A stretch of 17,219 bases of DNA from an uncultured Nitrososphaerota archaeon (GCA_963842885.1 CAWJIE010000009.1:1-17219), one strand, 5' to 3'; counted from the first letter of the stretch, positions 7,746-16,623 are shown. Numbers and translations: made by a program. The notes: generated from the letters alone by a model not told the origin.

Positions 7746-9240
7746 ATGGACTTCTGGCTCCTGTTGGCAGTATTCCTCCCGGTGCTCGGCGCGGTGGCCG
7801 CCTCCTTATCGAAGGAGAGGAGGGAGGCCGTCTCCATTTCGGCGATCACCACCGGCATCTCGCTGCTGTTCCTCTGCGTCGCGGCATGGTCGGGCGGCGT
7901 GTTCTCCTCAGGAGGCTCGACCTATTCGGAGCTCTACAACTGGGCGCCACTCGGCAAGGCAGGGTTCAGGCTCGACGGGCTGAGCCTCCCCTTCGCCCTC
8001 ATAATCGGGGTGCTGTCGTTCGTCATAACCTTCTATTCTTCGCCCTACATGGCCCACAAGTTCCATGAGGACGGCTCCGAGAAGTGGGGCCTCTTCTTCA
8101 CGCTCTACCAGCTCTACTTCTCCGGGATGTTGGGCGCCGTCCTGGCCACCAACCTGATCGAGTTCTACATCTTCTTCGAGCTCATGCTGATCCCCTCGTA
8201 CTTCCTCATCGCCGAATTCGGGTACGGAGAGAAGGGAAGGATCTCCTTCATGTACTTCATCTGGACCCACTTCGGCGCCCTCGTCATGCTGGCCGGGCTC
8301 ATCTACCTCGGGTTTTCAGCTGGCTCCTTCGACCTGTCGGTCCTGTCGACCCAGGCGGGCCTTCTGCCGGTGGCGGTCCAGCTATTCGTGTCGGTTGCCC
8401 TCTCCGTCGGCCTCTCCGTCAAGATGGCCGCCTTCGGCCTCCACGTCTGGCTGCCGCACGCGCACGCCGAGGCACCCACGCCCATCAGTGCCCTGCTCTC
8501 CCCCGCGATGATAGGAATCGGGGGATACGCCCTCCTCCGGTTCATGGTCACTCTGCTTCCTTCCGGCTACTCCATCGTCTCACCCTACCTGCTGTTCTGG
8601 GGCTTCATCACAATCCTCTACGGCGGGCTCATGGCCCTCGCGCAGGACGACATCAAGCGGCTCCTGGCCTACTCCAGCATCAGCCAGATGGGCTACATCT
8701 TGGTGGGCATAGCGTCCGCCAACGTGCTGGGCTACGGAGGCGCCACACTGCAGTACGTCGCCCATGGCCTGGGGAAGGGGACGCTCTTCATGGTGGCCGG
8801 CGTGCTCATCATGCAGACGGGCACGCGTTCGATAGGCAAGCTGGGCGGGCTCGCAAAGAGGATGCCGTTGACGGCCACCCTAGCTCTCATCGGCTTCCTC
8901 ACCATAATGGGCGTCCCACCGACCGCCGGGTTCATCTCCGAGTTCTTCGTGTTTCAGGGAGCCTTCTCTACGGCCAGCCCTCGGCGGCTCCACCCTCAGG
9001 TTCGCCATAACCTTCCTCGCGATGCTCGCCTCCCTCCTCACCTTCGGCTACGCCCTCTGGACCATGAAGCGCATCTTCTTCGGGAAGCTCCCCGAATCCC
9101 TCTCTGGCGCCAGGGACCCTTCGATGATGGCTCTGGCTCCGATGTTCGTCCTCTGCATTCTCTCCATCATCATAGGGATCTACCCCTTCCTCCTCGACCG
9201 GGCCGTGGAGTTCCTTCGCATCGCCCTGGGAGGTGCCTAG
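7746..9240 (+). CDS. nuoM: Complex I-like antiporter subunit M, copy 1; +1 frameshift at ~8975
   Basis: DGLS, FYIFFELMLIP, KMAAFGLHVWLPHAHAEAPT, DIKRLLAYSSISQMG and GFISEF. Removing one base near 8974-8976 links to TLRFAITFLAMLASLLTFGYALW, giving 497 aa. Confidence 0.88.
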
Positions 9241-11316
9241 ATGGTGGACAGCGGCGTCTTCGCATGGCTCGTATGGATACTCCCCATGGCTGGTGCCCTC
9301 CTCACCCCGCTCTTCGCCAGGCTGGGGCACAAGGTCAGGGACTACGCCGCGGTCTCCTTCGCCCTGCTCTCCGCCCTGGCCTCGACGTCTCTCCTCCCGG
9401 TGCTGCTCGGCGGCCACATAGTCGACAGCCAGGTCCCCTGGTTCCTCGGCCTCGACGCCGGAGTCCTGGCCGACCCCCTCAGCGTCCTCATCGGGACCGT
9501 GGTCTCCTGGGTCTGCTTCTTGATTATGGTCTACAGCCTGGACTACATGCACGGTGACGAAGGCCTCACGCGCTATTGGTTCTTCATGAACCTTTTCATC
9601 GGGAGCATGCAGCTCATCATCTTCTCCGACAACCTCCTCCAGCTGTTCTTCGGTTGGGAGGGCGTGGGTCTCTGCAGCTACGCACTCATCGGATTCTGGT
9701 ACACCGACGAGAAGTCCCGTTGGGTGGGCACCGAAGGCGACACCGCCCTGGGTCAGCCTCAGGCCTACTCCCCCACTCACGCCGGGATGAAGGCATTCAT
9801 CACCACGAGGGTCGGCGACATCTTCACCTTGGTGGGCATCTTCATCATCTACGCCTACGCGGGCACCTTCCAGTACCTCCGCCTTTCGGCTGACACTTCG
9901 TGGGCGTCGGCCATGCACGCGTCAGGTCTGCTTCTCCCCACCATGCTCCTCCTCCTCGGGGGCGCCATCGGGAAGTCCGCGCAGTTCCCACTCCATGAAT
10001 GGCTCCCCGACGCCATGGCTGGCCCCACATCGGTCTCCGCATTGATCCATGCCGCCACGATGGTCAAGGCCGGCGTCTACTTCGTCGCGAGGCTGGCGCC
10101 CATCTTCTTCATCCTCCCCTTCGCTGAGAAGGGTGACTTCTTCACGGCCGTCGCCCTCATCGGAGGGTTCACTGCGTTCCTGGCGGCCTCCCAGGCGCTG
10201 GTCAACAAGGAACTGAAGAAGGTGCTGGCGTACAGCACGGTCTCCCAGATCGGCTACATGATGCTGGCGATTGGAGTCGCCGGCCTGTCGACCAGCTTTC
10301 TCGAAGGCTACGTCGCCTCCATCTTTCAACTCTTGTCGCACATGCTCTTCAAGGCTGGTCTCTTCATGGCTGCCGGCGTCCTCATCCACGTCACGGAGAC
10401 AAAGTACATGAACGAGATGGGTGGGCTCAAGACCAATGTTCGGCGCACCTTTTTCGCGTTCATCATACTGGCCCTTGCCCTCGCGGGCATGCCGCCGCTG
10501 AGCGGTTTCTGGAGCAAGGACTCCATCTTCGCAGCCGCCCTAGGGGCCCCGGCCAGCCTGGTCACGGAATCCGTCTACCTTGCCGCCAGCGTCACCGCTC
10601 TGATCACCGCCTTCTATAGCATCAGGATGGTGGGTATGATCTTCTTTGGCCCCGGCAGGGAGGAAGGTGAGCACCTCCATGACTCCCGCCTCCTGGAGTT
10701 CTCCACCTATGGGATACTAGCAGCTGCTACGCTCGCCATCGGCTTCGTCGGCCCCCTGTTCGAGAACTCCCTGTTCTCGGCGCTCAGCTCCTACGTCGGC
10801 GCCTTCGGGTTGGTCGAGAGCGGAGCCTTCGTGTTCAACCTCTCGGCCGTGGCGACCTCCCTCACGGTCTTCCTCGTCGGCGCCTTCCTTGCCTATCCGT
10901 TCTATGTTTCACGGAGGATGAGCTCAGACAGGCTCATCTCGGGGAGCCCCTTCCTCCAGGGCATCTACAACTTCCTTTGGCACAGATGGTACCTCGACGC
11001 CATCTACTACAAACTCTTCGTCAACCCCGTCATGAGCGCCTCGCTCTGGGGCTACCGGGTCATCGAGCAGGGCTTCTTCGACAGGATCAACGGAGGCGTG
11101 GCCGTCGGCGCCCGAAGCGTATCTACCGCCGGCGACTGGTTCGACCGACACATCATCGACGGGTTCGTCAACGGAGTGGGACGCGTCGCGGGCGGCTTCT
11201 CCTCCCGCTTACGGAAGCTCCAGACGGGGGTCGCCGAGTCCTACCTCTTCTTCATCCTGATAGGTCTGATCCTGTTGCTGCTCCTGCTGACCTTCTACAC
11301 TGGAGGCGTGCCATAG
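9241..11316 (+). CDS. nuoL: Complex I-like antiporter subunit L with extended lateral helix
   Basis: GWEGVGLCSYALIGFW, GKSAQFPLHEWLPDAMAGPTSVSALIHAATMV, HMLFKA, GFWSKD and LRKLQTG. Confidence 0.96.
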   Translation: MVDSGVFAWLVWILPMAGALLTPLFARLGHKVRDYAAVSFALLSALASTSLLPVLLGGHIVDSQVPWFLGLDAGVLADPLSVLIGTVVSWVCFLIMVYSLDYMHGDEGLTRYWFFMNLFIGSMQLIIFSDNLLQLFFGWEGVGLCSYALIGFWYTDEKSRWVGTEGDTALGQPQAYSPTHAGMKAFITTRVGDIFTLVGIFIIYAYAGTFQYLRLSADTSWASAMHASGLLLPTMLLLLGGAIGKSAQFPLHEWLPDAMAGPTSVSALIHAATMVKAGVYFVARLAPIFFILPFAEKGDFFTAVALIGGFTAFLAASQALVNKELKKVLAYSTVSQIGYMMLAIGVAGLSTSFLEGYVASIFQLLSHMLFKAGLFMAAGVLIHVTETKYMNEMGGLKTNVRRTFFAFIILALALAGMPPLSGFWSKDSIFAAALGAPASLVTESVYLAASVTALITAFYSIRMVGMIFFGPGREEGEHLHDSRLLEFSTYGILAAATLAIGFVGPLFENSLFSALSSYVGAFGLVESGAFVFNLSAVATSLTVFLVGAFLAYPFYVSRRMSSDRLISGSPFLQGIYNFLWHRWYLDAIYYKLFVNPVMSASLWGYRVIEQGFFDRINGGVAVGARSVSTAGDWFDRHIIDGFVNGVGRVAGGFSSRLRKLQTGVAESYLFFILIGLILLLLLLTFYTGGVP

Positions 11317-11317
11317 G

Positions 11318-12796
11318 TTGGCGATCCCCATCCTCAGCCTGATGATCTTCCTGCCGGGAGTCGGAGGGCTGATCGTCTACCTTGCGGGACGAATGGTCAC
11401 CAGGGCTGCGAAGTATCTCGCCCTCTCCATCACCCTCGTCGAAGGGGTGCTGGCCTTCGTCGCCTACTTCACCGTCTTCACTGCAGAAGGACCGTTCGGC
11501 ATCTCATCCTTCGTCCTCCAGGAGCAGTACCCGTGGATAGGCTCTCTCGTCACATATCATGTGGGCATAGACGGGCTAAGCGGGCCCCTCATTCTCATGT
11601 CCGTCCTCCTCACCGCCTTGGCCACGGCAGGCTCCTTCTTCGAGATCAAGGAGAAAGAGTCCTCCTACTACGCCCTGATGATGTTCTTCCTCGCCTCCGC
11701 GGTGGGGGTCTTCGCCTCCTTGAACCTAATACTGTTCTACTTCTTCTGGGAGGCCTCGTTCATCCCCATGTTCTTCTTCATCGGCATATGGGGAGGACCC
11801 AACAGGAAGTACGCCTCCGTCAAGTTCCTCCTCTTCACATACTCGGGCAGCGTCGCGATGCTGCTGGGCTTCCTCCTCCTCTACTTCATGACCCCCGGAC
11901 AGTCCTTCGACCTCGTGTCCCTCCTTAATTCGAGCATCCCCGGCTGGCTCCAGGCCGGCGCCTCCGCCCTCACCTTCCTGGGCTTCGGGGTCAAGCTCCC
12001 GGTCTTCCCCCTGCACACCTGGCTCCCTGACGCCCACGTTGAGGCTCCCTCCCCCATCAGCGTGCTCCTGGCGGGCATCCTTCTCAAGATGGGAGGGTAT
12101 GGCTTCCTCAGGTTCAACCTCGAGCTCTTCAGATCGGCCGCCTTCCAGTACGCCTGGGTCTACATCGCCATCGGTCTGATCACCATGTTCTATGGTGCCA
12201 TCGTTGCCCTGATGCAGAAGGACTTCAAGCGGATGGTGGCACTGACCTCCATCAACCACATGGGCTTCGTCCTCCTCGGGGCGTTCGCCGGCCTCGCGGC
12301 TGGCTCCGTCAGCTTCGGCATATCTGGGGCGGTCTTCCAGATGTTCAACCATGCCTTCGCCATCGGCGCCCTCTTCATGCTGGCCGGCTTCATCGAGCAT
12401 GGAACAGGGACCAGGGACCTCACGGTCGTTCGCGGCCTGCGCAGCGTGACCCCCAGGATGGGTGTCATGCTGATACTGGCGGCCCTGGCGGGGATGGGTG
12501 CCCCCTTGTTCAGCAGCTTCCTCAGCGAATTCATGGTCCTCCTGAGCGGCATCACCTACAGCCCCTATCTCTGGGTCGCGGTCCTCGTCCCCGGCATAAC
12601 TGCTGCGTACCTCCTTTGGATGCTCTGGCGGGCGGTCCTCAGCGGACCGACGCCGGGTTCCGAGTATCACGACATCTCCAGGAAGGAGGTACTCTACCTC
12701 GCCCTCTTCCTGATCCCCCTGGTCGTGCTTCTACTCGTCCCGGGCCTCCTTCTCTCCCCCATATCACAGTTCACGAAGGCGGTGTTTGGAGGCTAG
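11318..12796 (+). CDS. nuoM: Complex I-like antiporter subunit M, copy 2
   Basis: GIDGLS, FYFFWE, KLPVFPLHTWLPDAHVEAP, LLAGILLKMGGYG, DFKRMVALTSINHMG and FLSEF. Confidence 0.94.
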   Translation: MAIPILSLMIFLPGVGGLIVYLAGRMVTRAAKYLALSITLVEGVLAFVAYFTVFTAEGPFGISSFVLQEQYPWIGSLVTYHVGIDGLSGPLILMSVLLTALATAGSFFEIKEKESSYYALMMFFLASAVGVFASLNLILFYFFWEASFIPMFFFIGIWGGPNRKYASVKFLLFTYSGSVAMLLGFLLLYFMTPGQSFDLVSLLNSSIPGWLQAGASALTFLGFGVKLPVFPLHTWLPDAHVEAPSPISVLLAGILLKMGGYGFLRFNLELFRSAAFQYAWVYIAIGLITMFYGAIVALMQKDFKRMVALTSINHMGFVLLGAFAGLAAGSVSFGISGAVFQMFNHAFAIGALFMLAGFIEHGTGTRDLTVVRGLRSVTPRMGVMLILAALAGMGAPLFSSFLSEFMVLLSGITYSPYLWVAVLVPGITAAYLLWMLWRAVLSGPTPGSEYHDISRKEVLYLALFLIPLVVLLLVPGLLLSPISQFTKAVFGG

Positions 12797-12802
12797 ATTG
12801 GA

Positions 12803-14242
12803 TTGCTGATCACCATAGCCACGCTCGCAATACCCGCCCTCCTGATACCTGTGTTGGCAGCGCTGGGCATGAAGCAGAAGCGGTTCCCCGAGATCGTCAC
12901 CGTGGTGGCCCTATTCCTCGCCATGCTCCAGCTCCCATTCGTGCTTCTATCTAGCTCCTTCCCCAACACTCAATCCTGGATCTGGTCCTACCCGCACAAC
13001 CTCCTAAGCTTCGACGGCATTTCGTTCGTCTTCAGCGTCACGGTGATCCTCGTCGCCATGATGGTGGCGATCGCCTCCTCCACCATGCTGGATGGAGACG
13101 AAAACAAGCCAGTCTACTACTCCCTCCTCCTCTTCGCCACGATAGGAATGATCCTTGTCTCTTCGACGGCGGACCTGATCTTCCTCCTGATCTCATGGGA
13201 GCTCATGACCGTCCCCAGCTTCCTGCTCGTTGCGCTGAAGAAGCGGGACCCCAAGGCCAACGAAGCTGCCATCAAGTTCTTCCTGGCGGCGGCCCTCTCC
13301 TCCGCCCTGATCCTCTACGGGATCTCCCTCTTCTACGGAGTGACCGGGTCGACCTCGCTCTACGCGCTCCAGAGCAGCCTGGCCAGCCTCCCGCCGTCGG
13401 GCTCCTCCATCATACTCCTGGCGACGGCCTTCCTTCTGGGAGGCTTCGCCGTGAAAATGGCCCTGGTGCCCTTCCACTTCTGGCTTCCGGACACTCTCGA
13501 GGGAGCGTATCCCCCAGTCGCCGCCTTGCTGGCAGCCGGCTCCAAGAAGGCGGGCTTCGCGGCCGCGCTCAGGGTCGTCGTCCTGCTCGTCCTGGTGAGC
13601 CGCTTCGCCTCGGTCTCCCCCTCATGGCAGCTGGCACTTGGCATCATGGCCGCCATCACCATGACCTGGGGGAACGTCGCCGCCCTGACGCAGAAGAGCC
13701 TCCCACGGCTCCTCGCCTACTCCAGCATAGCCCAGGCCGGTTACATGATGATCGGTCTGGCCGTGCAGGGGACCAGCGGCGCTCTGTTCGGCCTGATCGG
13801 TCTCCTCCTCGCCGTCCTGTTTCACGCCGTGATGAAGGGTAGCGCCTTCATCTCGCTGAGAAACATAGGCACTTCGATGGACGACGTGGTGGGCCTCTAC
13901 AAGAAGGCGCCCCTGATGGCCCTCGGCTTCGCCGTTTCTCTCTTCGCGTTGGCCGGACTGCCTCCTCTCAACGGCTTCTGGAGCAAGCTGTTCCTGTTCA
14001 TGGGCGCCGTCCAGGGAGGCATGGCGTGGTTGGCCGCAATCGCCCTGGTCAACAGCGCCGTCGCCCTGGGATACTACAGCTACGTCGCCAAGAAGATGTT
14101 CTTCGACGACCCGCTGACTCCGGGCCCCGCCGTCCAGCAGCCGGACGTCCTCGCCGTCACCCTCTTCGCCCTGGTGTTCATAATAGCGACCGGCCTCTAT
14201 CCTGAACCTTTGATTCGGCTGATAACCCTGGTGGCCCCGTAG
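12803..14242 (+). CDS. nuoN: Complex I-like antiporter subunit N
   Basis: WELMTVPS, EAAIKFF, KMALVPFHFWLPD, RLLAYSSIAQAGY and LAGLPPLNGFWSK. Confidence 0.95.
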   Translation: MLITIATLAIPALLIPVLAALGMKQKRFPEIVTVVALFLAMLQLPFVLLSSSFPNTQSWIWSYPHNLLSFDGISFVFSVTVILVAMMVAIASSTMLDGDENKPVYYSLLLFATIGMILVSSTADLIFLLISWELMTVPSFLLVALKKRDPKANEAAIKFFLAAALSSALILYGISLFYGVTGSTSLYALQSSLASLPPSGSSIILLATAFLLGGFAVKMALVPFHFWLPDTLEGAYPPVAALLAAGSKKAGFAAALRVVVLLVLVSRFASVSPSWQLALGIMAAITMTWGNVAALTQKSLPRLLAYSSIAQAGYMMIGLAVQGTSGALFGLIGLLLAVLFHAVMKGSAFISLRNIGTSMDDVVGLYKKAPLMALGFAVSLFALAGLPPLNGFWSKLFLFMGAVQGGMAWLAAIALVNSAVALGYYSYVAKKMFFDDPLTPGPAVQQPDVLAVTLFALVFIIATGLYPEPLIRLITLVAP

Positions 14243-14245
14243 CTC

Positions 14246-15082
14246 TCAGAAGTACTCGACGACCAGCTTCTCCAGCTTCTCTAGGCTCGCAGAAGCCGGC
14301 AGCCCGCGCAGTATCGCCAAGGCGGAGCTTCCATACTCGTCGGCGGCTGCCTCCACCTTCTTGATCCTGTCCTCACCCGTCACTTCCAGGGAGTTGATGA
14401 GCTCCCCTGGCTTCTCGATGTCAGCCAAGTCATCCCTCAGCTGATAGGCCATCCCCAGCTTCATTCCGAACTCGCTCACCGTAGGAGCCAGCTGTTTCCT
14501 GGCAGAAAGCGCCGCGCCGACCGTAGCGGACGCCCTGAAGAGGGAGGCGGTCTTGAGCTCAAGGACCTCGATGTAGTTCTGCCATGACACGCCTGAAGGG
14601 TTCCGGGTCAACCTGCCCTCCATCTCCTCCCCGGCCGACATCTCTACGGCCGCCCTAGACAACTCGCGGCCGACAGCCCTCTCGTCATAGAGGGAGGCCA
14701 CTTCGAGGATGACGCCAAGGACGAAGTCGGCGGACAGAAGGGCCGAGTCGACGCCGAACATCTGATAGTATGGCGGCTTCTCGCGGCGCACTGACTCCTT
14801 GTCGATGATGTCGTCGTGAATCAGCGAAACCGTATGGAGAAGCTCGATGGCTGAAGTCGCAAGGATCGGGTCCTCGGCACCCGCCCCGAGCGCTTCGTTC
14901 ACCAGGAGGACGACCAGCGGTCTCAACCTCTTCCCTCCCTGCAACGAATATGCCATCGGATCGTGGAGAGGATGGGTCGAGTGCTTCATCATGAGCTGTT
15001 TCAAGCCTGCGTCGATCCTTTCGATGTAGGCTTTATGCTCCTTCAGAAATCGCACTTCCTGACTTATCGCTTCTTCAACCAA
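14246..15082 (-). CDS. Trans-polyprenyl diphosphate synthase
   Basis: GGKRLRP, FARM SLIHDDIID..RR, KTASLF and SARM AYQLRDDLAD. A TATA-like TTATAAATA lies on the minus strand at ~15140-15148. Confidence 0.93.
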   Translation of the reverse strand: MVEEAISQEVRFLKEHKAYIERIDAGLKQLMMKHSTHPLHDPMAYSLQGGKRLRPLVVLLVNEALGAGAEDPILATSAIELLHTVSLIHDDIIDKESVRREKPPYYQMFGVDSALLSADFVLGVILEVASLYDERAVGRELSRAAVEMSAGEEMEGRLTRNPSGVSWQNYIEVLELKTASLFRASATVGAALSARKQLAPTVSEFGMKLGMAYQLRDDLADIEKPGELINSLEVTGEDRIKKVEAAADEYGSSALAILRGLPASASLEKLEKLVVEYF

Positions 15083-15218
15083 AGCTGGAATCTGGCTCCG
15101 AGGACCTGGCTTGCCTGTCTCAGAGTAACTTGGCCTCCAGTATTTATAATGTTCCGGCAGTTCTTATGCATCTCCTCTCAATGCTCCTCTGCCGACGCTT
15201 CTCCGAAAGACACAAGCA

Positions 15219-15300
15219 GGGAGCTGTCTCCGACCTCGCCTCCCGCTTGAGTCCCGGTTGGCCGGGCGAGGTTCGACAACCCTACGGAGACACGATTCCC
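15219..15300 (-). ncRNA. Candidate small structured RNA
   Basis: Nested inverted repeats GGGA/TCCC, TGTCTCCG/CGGAGACA and ACCTCGCC/GGCGAGGT. A TATA-like box lies ~25 nt upstream on the minus strand and a U-rich tract follows. No family recognised. Confidence 0.35.
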
Positions 15301-15357
15301 AGGCTCTCGTTCAGCTTACCAATTCTTATATTAGTGGTCTGTTATACTTCATATGGC

Positions 15358-15741
15358 ATGCGGCCGCCATGCGAGGTTGTCATCAAGTACGTTCTCCCTG
15401 CATTCCGCTGCAGCGTCGCTCGTTCTCTTGTGACCGAATACGGTTTCACACAGGTGAAGACAGCTTCGGCTCTAGGGACGACCCAGGCGGCAATCAGCTA
15501 CTATCTGGGCGAGCGCAGAGGCAGCAGGATCAGAGGTTTCGAGGAGAACGAGCTGGTGAGGTCAGCCGCTGTCGACGTCGCGAAAGAATTGGCGACGGGT
15601 CAGCTCGGGAATGTCGACGCGACAGCCAAGTTCTGCCAGCTCTGCTCCAAGCTGCGCTCGACTGACGCCTTCTGCCAGTTCCACAGGTCGGTCGAAGAGG
15701 TGGACCCGGGATGCAACACATGCAAGGTAACAGGCTGCTAG
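15358..15741 (+). CDS. Archaeal HTH transcriptional regulator (COG2522-like) with Cys-rich C-terminus
   Basis: MRPPCEVVIKYVLPAFR...GFTQVKTASALGTTQAAISYYLGERRG, then CQLC, CQFH and CNTC. TTATATTA at 15326-15333 supports ATG 15358. Confidence 0.85.
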   Translation: MRPPCEVVIKYVLPAFRCSVARSLVTEYGFTQVKTASALGTTQAAISYYLGERRGSRIRGFEENELVRSAAVDVAKELATGQLGNVDATAKFCQLCSKLRSTDAFCQFHRSVEEVDPGCNTCKVTGC

Positions 15742-15751
15742 TGTAACCCAC

Positions 15752-16546
15752 ATGCGCCGAAGACCGATCCCCTTCAAGTTCAAAGTCCTGAGGCCTGAGC
15801 CAGACAGGGAGTTGATCTGCCTTCCGAAGCTGGGTGAATCCGATCTGGGAGAGCTTGTTTCTCGATTGAAAGGGCTGGGCTTCCACGAGCCCAAGGTCAT
15901 CAACGATTGGCCAAAGGTTCTGAGGATCGCCGGGGAATCGGCCATCCTTAGACTCATGCCCCGGGGACTATTGATGGGCCCGCTGGGGACCTTTGAGCGT
16001 CTCGGCCCGTCGCTCGATATCCGCCTCCGCCACGAGCCCGCGGTTCAACTTCCCTTGTCCTGGGTCGACAACGACTACCAGAGCTTGGTTCCGATCGAAG
16101 GCGGGCTACTCCTCCACGTCAGGGGTAGGCACACGCCTTCGCCGAGACGGTTCTCGGCCGAGGTCTCCAAGATGGGCTCCGCGCTATCGGCGGACGAAGC
16201 TCTGATGATACTGGCCACCGTCGAAGCGTGCGGACCCGAGACCATCGAGCTCCTTGCCACCGGTCCCGGCACCTCGGTCGACCTGTCGCAGCCAATCCGC
16301 CTCGAAGGCAAGGGCTTCCTCCATCACATAGAACTGAAGGAGGAGGCGTTCCTCTCGACGGCTGATGAGCTCCTGAAGCGGAGCCTCGACGGTGTCTGCC
16401 CATTTTCACCCCTCCCCGACTCTACGGTCATACTGAAAGGCGCGTCTCTCCCCTCCACTTCGAAGGGGCTTGAAGACGTCGTGGCGACCCTGGAGAACTG
16501 GGTTTCAGACATCAGCTACTTTGCCACGTCCCTCAGGCAAAGCTGA
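15752..16546 (+). CDS. Hypothetical protein (264 aa)
   Basis: Long ATG-started ORF 10 nt after the regulator, with globular composition. No recognised motif. Confidence 0.7.
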   Translation: MRRRPIPFKFKVLRPEPDRELICLPKLGESDLGELVSRLKGLGFHEPKVINDWPKVLRIAGESAILRLMPRGLLMGPLGTFERLGPSLDIRLRHEPAVQLPLSWVDNDYQSLVPIEGGLLLHVRGRHTPSPRRFSAEVSKMGSALSADEALMILATVEACGPETIELLATGPGTSVDLSQPIRLEGKGFLHHIELKEEAFLSTADELLKRSLDGVCPFSPLPDSTVILKGASLPSTSKGLEDVVATLENWVSDISYFATSLRQS

Positions 16547-16623
16547 ACGACGACAAGTTCCCTTCACTGGCGAAGTCTCACACCGAATGCTTTAAAGAGC
16601 GAAATCGTAACCTTCGTGTCGGC

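Noticed and set aside
3690-8980. Programmed ribosomal frameshifting as the cause of the split genes
   Set aside because: No shared slippery sequence or structure at the sites, and the genes are unrelated. Insertion errors are the simpler explanation.
8976-9557. Arg/Pro-rich C-terminal domain of the 603-aa NuoM ORF
   Set aside because: This is out-of-frame read-through after the +1 shift. The real C-terminus ends at 9240.
6400-13842. Long antisense and alternate-frame ORFs (e.g. 6400-7155, 8084-9010, 8968-9918, 11726-12670, 13195-13842)
   Set aside because: Shadow ORFs expected from GC-rich codon bias in hydrophobic genes, with no motifs.
5237-14242. Mrp antiporter or membrane-bound hydrogenase operon
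   Set aside because: NuoA and NuoH are present, while MrpE/F/G and NiFe subunits are absent.
15130-15357. Extended N-terminus of the regulator ORF
   Set aside because: It spans promoter-like intergenic DNA. The family-like sequence begins at MRPPCE (15358).
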